A stretch of 63,930 nt of DNA, counting the filler, from Fonticula-like sp. SCN 57-25 (lineage: Eukaryota), in the NCBI GenBank assembly GCA_001724245.1. It is 3 parts of 3 records of this genome, joined end to end, with 100 filler letters (N's around TTAATTAATTAA, not from the genome) between each part and the next. Parts side by side here need not be neighbours in the genome. Positions count along the whole stretch, not along the records: positions 21,489 to 46,387 come from MEDX01000083.1; 2 more parts are not named here. One strand, written 5' to 3'. This document shows, in pieces, positions 32,576 through 45,863 of this stretch (position 1 is its first letter; the number at the start of each line of letters is the position of its first letter). A model generated the notes under the pieces. The model was not told the origin of the DNA, made no database searches, and saw only the letters and a program-made list of their open reading frames with translations. The translations under genes were made by a program, and so were the position numbers.

Positions 32576-35494
32576 CTAAATGTTGCCCGCGAGCTCCCTC
32601 AGCGCTGCCTCAAACTCTTCATCGGTTTCGTCAAACTCTTCCGCCTGCACCGCCGGCGCCGGCGCCGACATTGACCGCGCAATAGCATTGTGCTTTGTCG
32701 TGTTTGCGATCGCATTCCGCATGCTCGCGATTTGCCGAATCGCGGATCCCCGCTTTGCGACGCCTCCCCTGTGCTGCGAAGGCGCCACGCGCGCCTGGAA
32801 CGCCGCGCCCGTCGGCTTCACGACCGTCGGAATAGCGCGGTTCACCTGAAAGCTCGGGTGTCGCTCCGCAAACCCGACCACGCGCCCCGCGAGCAGCTCG
32901 ACCGTCTCGCTCGGCACGCCGCTGTGCCCGCACCTTTCAAGGAGCACCTGGACAGCGCTCGCCTGCGTCGGCCGCCAGAGCGCCACGCGCTGCAGTGCCA
33001 CGTCGCCAATGAGCGACGACGGCGCTCCCGCATGCCCCAGCCGCTGAAACTCTTCTCGCCGCACGCGCCTGAGCTCTGCCAACAAGTCGTTCTGCAACTC
33101 GTCCTCGCTCGCACGCACTGACGTGACGGCAGGTAAAGCAGAGAGCGCGCTCTGCTCGGCCTGGCGGAGCCCAAATGTCGCCGGAAAACAGAGCCGCGGG
33201 CCGTCCGCCGCGCTGTTTCTGATTGGCTGCGCGGGCGTCAGGGCGAACCCGTCGCGCGAAAAGACGCCGTGGATGTAGAGAAGGCCGGCGAGCGCGGCCC
33301 ACCACTCGAGCGCGTGCTTTACCGTGCAGGCGCGCGCCGTTTCCTCGGTGAGCGCCTTGAGCTGCGAGTGGCGGCGGCGGCGCATTTCAGTGAGAAGAGC
33401 GTGCGCTTCGAGCGTGACGTCGCGTGGGGCAGCGCGGTCATTTGAAGCGCCATCGCGGCAGTTGTCACAAAAGCCGCAATTGTCACGGGGGTACGACTCG
33501 GCAAAGTGCGCCAGCTAAGACAAGATATGAGAAGACATGAAAAACAACAAAAAAAGAATGAAACCACAATACACAACATGAAAATGCAACACAAAAGAAC
33601 ACATCTCTAAACACTTACATAACACATTTCATTATCGTACCAGAGCGGCTCGGCGACACCCGACGGCATTGGCAAATCGAGCAAGCCCGAGAAATTCCGC
33701 GCGCGTCTTCCCCGCCGAATGCGACAAAAAATTAAACCTCGCCTCAGTCACAAACAGCTCTCTGTCTGACCACAGCAACACACACTCGGCCGGCGCGCCG
33801 TCTCGTCCCGCGCGGCCGCACTGCTGGTAGTACTGATCGATATTTCCCGGCGCCGAGTAGTGCATCACAAGACGCACGCGCGGGTTATTAATACCCATGC
33901 CAAAGGCGACCGTCGCAACAAGTACAGAAGACTCGCCAGAATCAAACGCCGACTGAACTGCGCGACGCTATAACAATGTGTCAGCAAATGCAGTCAACTT
34001 ATGGCCACGTACGCGGTCAGCTGCGAGGTCGCCGTGGTAAAAGAGCGCGTCTGTTACGCCGTGCTGCCAGAGGTACCGCGCAGTGTCTTCGGCTTCGCGG
34101 TGCGTCGTTACATACACAATCGCAGGTCGAAGTCGGCCCTCTAAAGAGGAAAAAGTAGTAATAAGTCAGTGAAAAGTCAGCAAAAAGGCAACAAAATAGA
34201 CCAAAAACAGCCAAAATAGGCTTATTTATGACAAACATACCAAAAATCTCGGCAAAGTCGTCGCGTTCGCCGCCGGCGCCGCGCTTTGGACGGACGCGGA
34301 AAAACAGGTTTGGGCGGTCGAATGAGGCGCAGTGGACGAGCGGATCGCGCAGACACAGCGCGGCGGTCACTGACGTGCGCGTGCCGGGCGTGACTGTCGC
34401 CGTTGTGGCTACAATGGGGACGTCGAAAAAGGAGTTGCGAAGCATAGGGCCAATTTGGCGGAATTCGGGGCGAAAATCGCGGCCCCATTCTTCAACAATA
34501 TGCGCCTCTACAAAAGAAAGTAGCCATAAAAGTTAGTAAAATGGTCATGAAACAAGCGGGTAACGCATGGAAAAGAAGAAAAAGGATACTTTTAGTACCA
34601 AAACAGCATGAACATCACCAAAACACCCCTCGAACCAACAGCATTGACTGCCACATAATGTTCCCACGTACCGTCAACGCCAAAGAGGCAAATAGGACGG
34701 CGCTCGTGAAGCTCTTGTACTCTTCTTACTGACCGCACGAGACGCTCCGGCGACATGTAGATGAGGATAAACTCGCCCGAAAAGGCGGCCCGCTCGATGC
34801 CGGCGTCGGTCTGCGTGGACCCGAGAAAGCACGCCTTGACACCGCGCGCGACGAGCTGTCGTACTTGGTCCTCCATAAGCGACAGCAGTGGCGAAATGAT
34901 AATGGCTGGCCGGTTCGTCGCCACCGCCGGCAGCTGAAAGCACATGGACTTGCCGCTGCCGGTGGCCGACACGACCAGGGCATCGCGCCTGCCGAGGGCC
35001 GCGCGCGAAGCAGCCGCCTGAAAGTCGCGCATGCTCGCGCCTTCATCTGGGCACAGCAGCGCAAAGGCACGTTCGAGAAGATCGCCGGTCGGGTCAATAT
35101 TCGGCTCTGTCAGTGGCGTCAGCGATGGCGGGTTGGGAGCGGGCGTCGCGGGGGCAGGCGATGCGAGGGCAAGCGACGAAATGGGAGAATCTGATATTGT
35201 CGACGCAAAGTCGGCCGCTGCATCAAGCTGGCGCTCGCTCACGCACTGGGACTCTACACAACTGCATTCAGTGCGGCACGCTACACACCGCGGGATCGTA
35301 CCGACTGTCTCGATGAGCGCAGACAGGTCGACGGCATCGGCCGCCCAGTAAAACACCTCTTCAAACATGCCGCGCATCTCCACCTTGGCGAGAGCACGCG
35401 AGACAATCTCTGCCCTCTCTGGCGAGACTGCCTTTACATGTAGCAGAAACGCGAGCATCGCCGCCGCTCGCGCCTCTTCCATGGGATCGTCCAT
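32576..35494 (-). CDS. RecQ-family DNA helicase with RQC zinc domain and probable HRDC
   Basis: ATGSGKSMCFQLP, ISPLLSLMEDQV, VD|EAH..WGRDFRPEF, TATVTP, FDRPNL, ATVAFGMGIN, QQCGRAGRDG, CRR..CGFCDNC. Confidence 0.92.
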
Positions 35495-35794
35495 GGCCCC
35501 GGCAAATTTGGCGGGAACTCTCTTTGTTGGCAATCAGATAAATCAGACCAAATCAGCGCAAATCATAGAAAGTGAAAAGCATTATTGTTGTAAAGGAGAG
35601 CATCAGAGAGGGAGAGCAAGTTAGAGGTGATACAAAAAGGGAATACAAATGATAAAAGAGACGAGCGAAACAATAACCACGGGAATCGGTTACAGTACAC
35701 AAAAACGTGGCCAACAACAAGTCTCGATTCCCGCGCGGATCGCGTGTGTATAGCCGACACATCTCTGCCGTGCTTTCGTGCGTAACCTATTTTT

Positions 35795-37934
35795 CTAGTC
35801 AAAGTCGTGCGCGACCGTCCCCGGCTCGACCGGGTCCGAGCCGAGCCCGGCGCCCCACGGGTCGTCATTGTTCTGGATGATGGGCTCGCCGCCAAACGCA
35901 TCGGCCTCATCGTCATCATCGCTGTCATCGAACGAGTGCACGACGCGCGGCTGCTGCCCAAACGACGAGAACGCAAGGTCGTCATTGTCGTCGTCGTCGC
36001 CGCCGTTGTCGCCGCCGGCGAAATCGCGCCCAAACGAAAAGTCGTCGTCGTCGTCGTCGCCGCCCGCGAGGTTGCCCGGCAGATCGCCCGTCATCATGTG
36101 CGACGCGAACCGCGCAAACTGGTCCACCCCAGAGTCGGTGCCGCTGTGCACCGCCGCCAGCGTCGGCTCCGAGCCGGCCAGGGCGTCCATCGACGTCGGC
36201 GCAATGGGGCGGTGGCCGCCGAGCGGCTTGCTGTCGGTCGAGTTTGTGTCCGTCAGCATGCCAGACACAAAGTCCTTCCACTCGGGCGTATTAAAGTGCG
36301 CTGAGAACGACAAGAAATTAGCTACTAAAAGTCTAAAATTGCAACGAAAATCGTACCGCGCATGGACTCTGGCAAGTCGTCGGCCTCTGAAAACACGACG
36401 AGCCTGTTGGCGAGCAGGGTGAGGTGCCCCATGTACCCTCTCCTTGTCCCAAACGCGCTCTGGACGTCGGCCTCGTTCTGCCTGAACGCCTCAATGATGC
36501 GCTCCGTAAACTTTGCCTCGCCGAGCAGCTGCTCGACAAACTCGTCCATGATCTCGCTCTCGCGCGAGAGCAGCCGCACAACAAGGTCGTGCGCGACAGA
36601 GTGCAAAAAGTTGTGCAGCGGGAATTCAAAGACAAACGCAATGACGGTCGGGACAAAGCGCAGCTCGAGCAGCTGCTTGTGGATGCCGATCGGGCACATG
36701 TGCAGCAGCGCAGTGAAGAACTCGACGAGGCGGAAGCGCATGCCGCCGAGCGACGGCTTGGCGGCAAAGCTCGTCTGCGCGAGCTCGCCGGGGATCGGGT
36801 ACTCGCGCTTCATCAGCTGGAAGAGGCCGCCGATGCGCGGCTCGAGCGCCGCCATGAACCCGCTCAGGTCAAGCAGGTCGTCGCCGCCAGCGCCGCCGGC
36901 GGGGTGCCCGAGGCTGCGCTGGAGAATGTCGGTCAAAAAGACGGTGCCCTGGTGAAGAACCGAAAGGTGGTTGGGGGCGTCCGTCTTGAGCATCATGTCG
37001 ACCGTCGCGCCGATCGTCTCGGCACTGCGAAAAAAGAGTCAGAAAAAGGAACAAAAAAAGCGCTAAACGTACCTCTTGATCTCGCCCATGATGATGTGTA
37101 GCCGCTGGATGGACTGCGTCGTGCTCATAATGTCGATGAGGGCGAGCGACGCGTTGGCGTGCGCGTCGGGCGCGAGCTCGGGGTCAAACTTTTGCACGAG
37201 CTTGCGGATGAGGCCCGCATCGCGAAGCCACGAAATGACGTTGTCGATGCCGCTAACCTGCTCCGACGCGACCAGCTTGAGCAGAATGTCCATAATGGCG
37301 GACGTTTCAACATGCGCCAGAAGCGTGTCAACAACATCGGGCTGCTCCTTGATAAAGTCGATCGCCTGTCAAGCACAATGCAATCAGCAAGACGGTCTGC
37401 AAAAAGGAGCAGCGTACGGCAACAATGTGGAACTGGATGAGCGCGCCAATGACGCGGCTAAAGAGCGAGGCGTGAAGAGGGTTGAGCGGCGCGGGGCGCT
37501 TCAAAAAGCCCCAAAACTCGACGAGCGCAGGCTTGTTATCGAGCACAACGGCGCTCACGGGGGCGCAGTTGACGGCAAGCAGCTCGGACGCAATGTTTGC
37601 ATACCTGCGCACGTTAGCCGCTGACTTTCAATGTCGCAAAAACGTACTTGAAGCGGTTCTCGTTGTACTGTCCCGGCTCGTCCTCGGGGATGTCCGAGAT
37701 CATCTTGAGCAGGCCGGACGATGACTCGGTCTTTTCGAGGCTGCGGCGCACAATTTAGCAAACACACGCACTCATAGAGCACAATTACACGCACAAGCGA
37801 ATAAGGGCGGCATTCGCCGTGGACGCCTCCTGCAGCAGATCGCTGTCATCGAGCAGCTCCTCCAGCGTAACGTCGGGCCGCTCGAGCAGCGCTTCAAGCG
37901 GCGCAGGCTGCTGGAAACCAAACCGCCAAAACAT
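35795..37934 (-). CDS. SAPS-domain protein (SIT4/PP6 regulatory subunit)
   Basis: MFWRFG..VTLEELLDDSDLLQE; FK|YANIASELL; SAIMDILLKL; LGGMRFRLVEF; HNFLH; RRGYMGHLTLLAN; five introns. Confidence 0.9.
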
Positions 37935-38181
37935 CACTTGAACGCTGTTGTTCCGGGTAAGGGTGAATCACAGAGCAAGAACAGACACCAATTACGACGA
38001 GATCGGCGAAAAGATCACGGCAAGGGCGCGGCACTCGCTACACAATCTGGCCCCGCCGCGAATGGAGAATGAACGCGAGGGGATGAATATAGGGCTACCC
38101 GTTGTTGGTACGAGGGTGACGAAACGGTATCCCCCTGAGATTGGTGTGTGTTCTTCCTCGGCCGCAAACATCACCAGCAGC

Positions 38182-38485
38182 ATGCCGGTCGAAGTCGTGT
38201 CGGCGTTCTCGCCACTTGTCTCGCCGTCGCTCTTTGTTTTGCTCGCCATTGCGTTTATGGGCGCGGGCCTGGTTTATTCGGCTCAGTTTATGGGGTACGC
38301 GCGTTGTGCTGGCTCGGTAACTTGCTTTTCCCTTTCGGTGCTAACTAACCATGTCCAGGTACGAGCTCAGTAACGACAAGACGTCAAGGGTTCTTTCAAA
38401 GGAGATCTCGCTCGCGGCTATTGCTTCCTCGTTCCTTGCTTTTGGTGGTCTCTTTACAGCACTTAGTTTGGGCTTGTATGTGTAA
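38182..38485 (+). CDS. TMEM258: Oligosaccharyltransferase subunit OST5/TMEM258
   Basis: Two TM helices; KEISLAAIASSFLAFGGLF..GLYV*; one intron. Confidence 0.85.
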
Positions 38486-38778
38486 TCTTTTCAATAACAT
38501 TTCCAACGCATGAAATGAAGGTGAATGCGGACCCGATGGCGTCCCGCGCTCGTTTAGCCGCGCAACTGCTCTCTATCCCTTACCTCACAGGGCCCGAGAG
38601 TGAGCACGCCGCGCGCTCCCTAGCCACGTGCAACCCCCTGCCCTGCCGCTCCATCCGAAAGGGGCTTTCAGGCCGGCTTTCCACAATATCACGTGACGCA
38701 TTCCGTCATCCCTGCGCCACTGGCGGTCAACCTGGCCGCACATCACGGGCTCCTCGCGGCAGTGTTTGTGCTTTGGGC

Positions 38779-39421
38779 ATGGACTGGATAGCGAGCGGCG
38801 TAGGTGACGCGTGGGAGGTTGGACGCGCGGCGGTCAGCGTTGTGGAGGGAGAGCTCTTTCGCATTGATTCGATCCTTCGGTCAGTCGTCGATGTCGTCAC
38901 AGAGCAGCTGGAAGGCAGCCCCCAGGAGCATGCAGCGCCCGACGCTTCGTGCCCAGCATCGCCGCCCCGAGGTTCGCGTTGTGTAGAATATAGTTGTTGC
39001 TGACAATGTGCGCGGCGCAGAGATGGACAGCCAAGTGCTGGCGGCGGTGCATCGGGTGACGTCGAAGCCTGCAATGTTTACGCAAGAGACACTGACCGGC
39101 GATTCCGACACGGACATGCTTAGTGACGGCGAGCGCGAGCACGCGATCCAGGCTCTGCAAGGCTGCGCTGCGCTTGCCGAGCTGCGGTACTCGCTGTGCC
39201 CATCAAAGATGAGCGAGTCGAGCTTTTGGCGGCGGTACTTTGAGCTGCTCGCCGCAGAGTTGGTGGCGGGCGGGAACGACCTGGGCAGATCAATGACGCC
39301 CATAAGCGTAGGAAGCAGCGACGGCTTTGAGGTGGTGAGTGTGGCCGCGTCGCCAATGGTTGAGGATGTCGACGGGTTTGCCATGATCGCTGCTCCGCTG
39401 CGGGGGCACAGCCCATTTTAG
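38779..39421 (+). CDS. BSD-domain protein
   Basis: LAELRYSLCPSKMSESSFWRRYF; one intron with GTTCGC donor. Confidence 0.8.
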
Positions 39422-39710
39422 GATCAATGTTTGTCAATGTTGGATGTCGTTCTTGTTTGTCATTGTGAGTTACCAATGTTGGTTTTCGTTGCCATTTATC
39501 GAGTGTATATTATTGCCACAAGTGTAGTTTAGTCAATTGGTCACATTTATGTATTACTGAATGAGTAGCAAATACCGCAGCCTACAGTTGTCACCAACGC
39601 ATAAATACGAGGCACGCAGAGATTTCGCTACACTGTGCGATGAATGCACAGTGCTGCACGTACGCCGTGCTATACAAAATACATACAAATATACAGAGTG
39701 TACAATGAAA

Positions 39711-40887
39711 TTAGCTGGAATTGATCGCGAGCATTCTGTCGGCGATGCTGCCTGGCTCGACCAGTGACACCCCGCCGCCGCCAAACAAGTGCTGCGTAAA
39801 GCACTCGCTCTGCATGACGGCAGCAATGCTGTTTACGACGGCAGTTCCATTGCCGTTCGTGCTCGTCCACACTTCGAGGGCGCGCCCGCGCAGCTGCTCG
39901 GCCGTCAGCCTCTGCGCGCTCACGGCAAGCGGCATCAGTCGGTGCGCGAAACCAAACACGACCGACTCGGCTACCAGCATCATTTCCTGCTTGCGCGCCA
40001 GCGGAAGAAGCGAAAAGGCTTTTGTCAGCACACTAGCGAGGGGTGAGCGGCGGGCTGCAATAGAAATGCGCGTACCGCGGGCCGTAGCAGTTCCAGCACT
40101 CTGGGTCGTATGTGGGGGCCGCGTCGTCGAGCAGAGCAAGGGCAGTAGAAAGAATTGGGTGGCCCTTGTCAAGCGCGAGGAGGCCGTTGACCATCTGCAC
40201 TGATTGCGTGTATGGCGTGCACGTCGCGAGGGACGCCGTGCGCACGCAGACCGACTCGACGACGCACCAGTCGTCCTCTTTTTGGCAGAGCATCGGCGGG
40301 AAAACAAACGTCGGGAGCATATTGCGCACTTTGCTCAGGTCGCGCAGCACGACGCTGTCGAGATCGAGGTACAGGCCGCCGTAGCGATCGAGGAGCGCGA
40401 GGCGGATCGCGTCGGCTAGATGGACGAGCGCCTTGCCGGCATCGCCGCGCGCCCACAGCTGCTTCATAAATTCGCCGCCCGGCCTGCCTTCAAAAAGCGA
40501 CGCAACCGTCCACGGCCATACGACGGCGCGGCACGGCCCACTGGTGCCGCCACCCGCGGCTGGAAGGCTTTCGCACAGCCCGCCTTCAGCCAGCGTATTG
40601 GAGAATATCCAAAGGTGCGCATCCGGGTGGTGGTGGAAAAGCGTCTCTAACGACCGCAGGTAAATTGGCGGAAGCGTCGAGCACGCTTCGTAATCCTCCC
40701 AGAAGGAGAGAAAGAGCGGCGCCGAAGGATGCCTCGTCGGGAGCACTGTCGGGTGGCGCGGCTGCCGAGAGCGCCACATGTCATGCAGCTCGGGCGGCAC
40801 GCTGCTCGTTGTCAACGCAAGATAAAGAAAAAGGCCACATAGTATAAGCAAAGCTATGGGATAGCAAAGGCGCTGAAGTCGCGCCAT
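39711..40887 (-). CDS. GT32 DXD glycosyltransferase (alpha-1,4-Gal/GlcNAc-transferase-like), type II membrane protein
   Basis: N-terminal TM; RSLETLFHHHP; HLADAIRLALLDRYGGLYLDLDSVVLR; WNCYGP; one intron. Confidence 0.85.
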
Positions 40888-41007
40888 CGCCACCCGGTGG
40901 CTCTGCAAGCTTGCACGCAGATCCCGAGAACCGAGAATGTCAACCTGCCACAGTTGACATCTGAAGTTTGCAGTTTGCGTTGTGGCAGCTTGGCGGGAGC
41001 GGCAGCG

Positions 41008-42651
41008 ATGGCCTCTCGTGATGCCGTGCAGTTTTCCGTGGTTAAAAACGTCAGTAGCGAGGATCCCGCGCACCGGGCGGAGAACTTGGTACGCTAGTGG
41101 AGCGGGAATTATTTGTTTTGGATGAACTGACGTGTGGAAATAGCTATCGACATACCGCTCAGCGCCATGGGTGACAGCCGCCGGCGCAACGTCTGCAAGC
41201 ATCGATCTTGTGCTCTCGCCGCCGTCCACGCTGGACTGTATTGACGTGGGAAATAATGGGAGTGCCGATGTGCAAGTGCTTGCATCTAGTGACGGGACGA
41301 ACTTTGTTTCTGTTGCGCCGGTGACTGCCTTTCCGCGAGGTGACTCTGTTGCGTCAGTGACGGTGGCGCCTCGCGGCCCCTGGGCGGTAATCCGCCTAGT
41401 GTGTACATCGCCGACGTCTCCTTTTGGACTGGCATTTGTTCGAGGCGAGACAGAAAAGGAGGCAGTGTCGAAAAAGCGAGTCTTTGGTGGCTTTTCGCTT
41501 GCGCCATCATCCGCCCCTGCCCCGCCGCCGCTGTTTAGCCAGCGTGCACAAACTGCGCCGTCACTTCCGCGTGCACGACCAGTTCTGTCACTACGGCGCG
41601 CACAGCCACCCGCGTCTGCTCAACCGTTTTCTTCTTTAACCAACACTGCGGCCGCGTCATCTGCGCCGGACGCTTCTCGGAAAGACGCTGTGCGGCCAAC
41701 TGTGGTCGCCTCGGCATCGCCGCGCCCGGTGCCCGCTTCTTCTTCAGCATCACCATCGCCTTCCTCTGCTTTGCCAAAAGCGGAATCAAAGCCGGCTAAC
41801 GCGTCGCCTCCATCGGCACCCGCTGCGCCTGCTTCCTCGCAACGACCGCTTCACAATGTTGTGTTTTCGATTAGCGGGCTGAACAACCCCGAGCGCGGCA
41901 TTGTGCGCGACAAGGCAGTCTCACTTGGCGCCGTGTATGAGCCAGACGTGACACCGCGTCTTACGCATCTCTTGTGCGCATTCTCAGGAACGCCAAAGGC
42001 TGCGACCGCGCAGCGCGTAGGTACGCCTTGAACATCTTCCCATAAATGATTTCTAACTCTGCCCTAGCCCCATCGGCGGTGTGCGTCAAGCCCGAGTGGA
42101 TTCATGCCTGTGCACGTGAAAAGAAACGTGTTGCAGAGGATGAGCATTTAATTGGCGGCCAGCCATCAATGAAGCGGCAGGCGAGCAGCTCTTCGGCCGT
42201 CCCCGACGCACCAAAGAGGCGCGCCAGTGAAGAGGTGCGCAAGCCCGTAGCTGAGATTGGCGACGGCGCCGAGACAGAAGAAGATGAGGACTTGACGCGC
42301 AGTCTGCATGAGCAACGCAAGCGCATGGCCGACGGCAATGTGGACACGTCAATTCCGCTGCCCGACTTTTTTAATGGCGTAAATGTCTTTTTCTACCGCA
42401 TCAATGACGCTGCACTGTTGAACAAGCTACGGCGATATGTTGTTGCGTACGGGGGAAGTGTGCTCGAGTACATGGGCGACGAGTCGACGCACGTGGTATC
42501 CAATGGGCCGTGGGGCGCGGACCACGACACCGCCGCGGCCACCTTTACCTCGACGCTGTTTGTGACGCCACAGTGGATCCTCGACTGCAACAAAAATGGC
42601 ACGCGGCTAAAAGAAGCGGCGTACTCTCTTTCCCCGAGTGCCCCTCTGTAA
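41008..42651 (+). CDS. XRCC1: DNA repair scaffold XRCC1
   Basis: NTD VSSEDPAHRAENL|..IDVGNNGSADVQVL; BRCT1 VVFSISGLNNPERGIVRDKA..THLLCAFSGTPK; BRCT2 LPDFF..LRRYVVAYGG. Confidence 0.9.
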
Positions 42652-42786
42652 CAACAGTAATTGTAATAAATAGCAACGACAGTCCCTGTGTTTTACTCCA
42701 AGATGCTTTGTTTGTGTGTCTGATTTGCACCTGATTCGTCTGATCCGATCATTGCACTTTGCCAAAAACGAGATCGACCCTATATT

Positions 42787-45700
42787 ATGGAGGTTGACGA
42801 AGGGCGGTGGGGTAGCAAAAGCAGAACCAAGGTGTCTGGCTCGGACTGGAGCTCGATGCCGAACGATCAGTATGCGCCGCTGCTCGGCGACAGGCCGACC
42901 TTTTCCTCGAGCCTAAACTCCTTTGAAGCCAAGAACTATGACGAGCGGTCCGTGCGCCCGCGCTTCATCGCCGCCGCGGGGTCGTACACGCTCTACATTC
43001 TTCTGATTGTCATCGCCGCGACCATCGCCTTTTACGTCGAAAAGTCGATTCCGGGTGCCCCGCTTCCTATTGACGTGTTTAACGAGACGCGCGCGCTTGC
43101 CAACCTCGGCGACCTCATCTACCTTTCCAAGCAGCGGAACGGCGTGCCGGTTCCCGACCGCATGCTGTACGGCATCACGGGGCGCCTCGCCATGACGGAC
43201 AGCGGCCTCGACACTGCCGCGTGGGTTCAGGACAAGCTTGCAGAGATCAACGCCGACGTGCTTTCTTTGGGCGGCACGCGGCAGATGGAAATTGTGACCC
43301 GGACGCACGATGGCGCGGTCGTCGAGGACGATGACTCGTCGGCGATGTGGTACTCTGGCGTGACGAATGTGCTTGCTCGAATCCCGGGAGCATCCCCCAG
43401 GGCGCTACTCATCTCTGCTCACTATGACACTGTCGCGTACTCGCCCGGCGCCTCGGACAATGGCGCTGCTGTCGTGACGGTTTTGGAGATCCTTCGCGAG
43501 CTGCTGAGCATCGAGGAGCTGCCCTACACCGTGATCGCGCTCTTTGACGACGCTGAAGAGTCTGGTCTTCTCGGCGCATTTTCCTTTGCTGCGTACGCTG
43601 CTCTAGCTCACTGCCGCCTAGTTAACTTTGTTCTGTAGGTCGGACCCGTGGTTTTCGACCGTGCGCGCCCACCTCAACCTCGACTCTGCCGGCGGCTGGC
43701 GCGTCGCCCTGCTGACGCAGCTCGGCCCCGGCAGCCCCTGGCTCGGCAATGCGTACAAGGGCGTACCATTCCCGCACGCGTCGGCGATGGTCGCAGACAT
43801 CTTTTCCATCCTGCCGTCGGCCACCAACTACGAGGTGATGGCCGCCAACGGCGTTCCCGGCTTTGACATTGACTTTTACGACGGCGGCTACACGTACCAC
43901 ACGCCGCTCGACGACGTAAGCGACTATGTGCCTGGTACGCTGTCGGCGCTTGGCAGGAATGTGCGCGTCATCATTACAAAGCTCGGCGAGCAGCCCGAGT
44001 TTGACAGCGACGAGCCCGACAGCGACAAGAGCGCCACCTTTTACGACTATGTCAACGCCGGCTTTATTGTCTACACTAACGAGGCCGCGCTCATCATTAC
44101 CTGCGTGCTGATTGTCGCGGGCGTCACTGTTTTCGCCGCCTATGTCATTGTCTGGGCGCGCGATGACTATGTCGAGCGGCGCCACGTACGTCATTTTTAC
44201 TGTTTTCTTGCTCGCTCACGGCAGCTTGTCTAGATTGTTCGCCTTTTGTTTGCGACTGTGCCGACGGCCTTTATTGGTCTTTTGCTGACGACCATTCTAT
44301 CCGCCGGTCTCACGGTGCTCGCTGGATTCATCGTCGACATGGTCAACCCGAACGCTTTTTATTCCGCAGCCGCCTACGCCGCCGCTCTCTATGGCATGTT
44401 TTCACTGCTCGGCTTTGTGCTCGGAACGAGCATTCTCGGCACTTTTCTCGAGCGCGTACGCATTTTATCGCACTCTCTAGCGCCATTTCTTACAGTTGTG
44501 TTAGATTAATTTGGTGCCGCCGGCCGACTGTGACACGCGCTTCCATTTTACTGTCGAGGTCGTTCTTGCCTTTGCCGCCAACGCTGTTCACCTGGTACGT
44601 CATTATTATTACTGCTTTGTTTCTCACGCAGTACAGGTGTTCCTTGTGGTGTTGACTGCTATCGAATGGGGCACCGCCTACATTGTCACGTGGTGGAACG
44701 GAACGTTTGTCATCGCCATGTCGCTCGCGCTCTTTCTTCAGACGCGGTACGCTCGGCAATAATATGTTATTCGCGATACTGATATGCGCCAATTAGGTAT
44801 GGCGACACTGGTGTCGGCCCGCGCTGGGCCGTTGCCGCCATGCTGTACCTTATCTGGGCATTTGTTCCGCTTCTCATGCACGCCGATGTGCGCCCGCATA
44901 CATAATACCTTTTCCCGTGCTAATTGTTTCATAGCTTGTCTGGCGCATGCTTGTGGCGCTCATTCCGCAAACGGGCCGCATGGGCCACACCGCCCACGAG
45001 TCGGTTTTCATGGGCGTCCTCGTCGGCTTCATGGGCCTCTTTGTCATGATGCCGATTGCGCCGCTGATGGGCCGCGCGCAGCACAAATTCAAGCTTCTCT
45101 TTGTCGTCTTTATTGTATGTGGGTCGCTTTTTGCGGGCGTCTTTAGTCTGGAGCCCTACACGCTCACTACCGTACGCGCGCTCGTACAACGTTGTATTTG
45201 TTTGCTCACAAATTATGCTGATTTTTCTTTCTGCCTTTGTAGCCTGAGCGCGTGGACCTTATTCATCTGTACGACATCAACAACCAGACGTCGCGCATCA
45301 CGCTCGGTGTCCCGCACTCTGGCGAGATCCCGACGTCGCAGTTCTACCCGACCAAGCAGTGGGTTCCCTGCTCGGTGCCCGTGTACAAGTACACCTTCCG
45401 CTCGGACGGCTACTGCCTTGCGACCGACCCGCCGGCGCCCGACATTGACCTGCCGACATTCGCGGCCAATGCTTCTGTTGTGCCTGGCACGGGCGAGCTT
45501 GTCATCAATGTGACGGTGACTGCGCCCACCTCGCCTGTGTGGATGATCAAGTTTGACGGCGGGCTCGTGGCGTGGTCGCTCGACGACGCTATTCCGCCGC
45601 CGGGGCTTACGGGCCGCGTGCAAATGGACGCGACGCAGCGCGCGATCGTTATGCGCTCGCGCAATGACGCCAATTCTTTCAGCCTTACGTTTGACGATGC

Positions 45701-45863
45701 CACGGGCAGTGTGTCGTTTGAGTTTTGGGCGTCGTACCAGGTTCACTCGCCAAAGCTGCGCGAGACTATCCAGGCTCTCGTCAGTGACCGGCAGGTGTGG
45801 TCCAAGAGCAATATGCCAGGGCCGGTGGCAACGATCTACCGCACTACGATAGCGCGTCCTTAG
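42787..45863 (+). CDS. Membrane M28 metallopeptidase (ERMP1/Pff1-like)
   Basis: SAHYDTV..SPGASDNG, DAEESGLLGA, NLDSAG, YHTPLD followed by multiple TM segments; seven GT-AG introns. Confidence 0.88.

Noticed and set aside
32576..35494. RecQ as part of an AcademH-like transposon with the transposase
   Set aside because: It lies ~8 kb away, separated by other genes, has host-type introns and RQC/HRDC domains, and the transposase is not Academ-like
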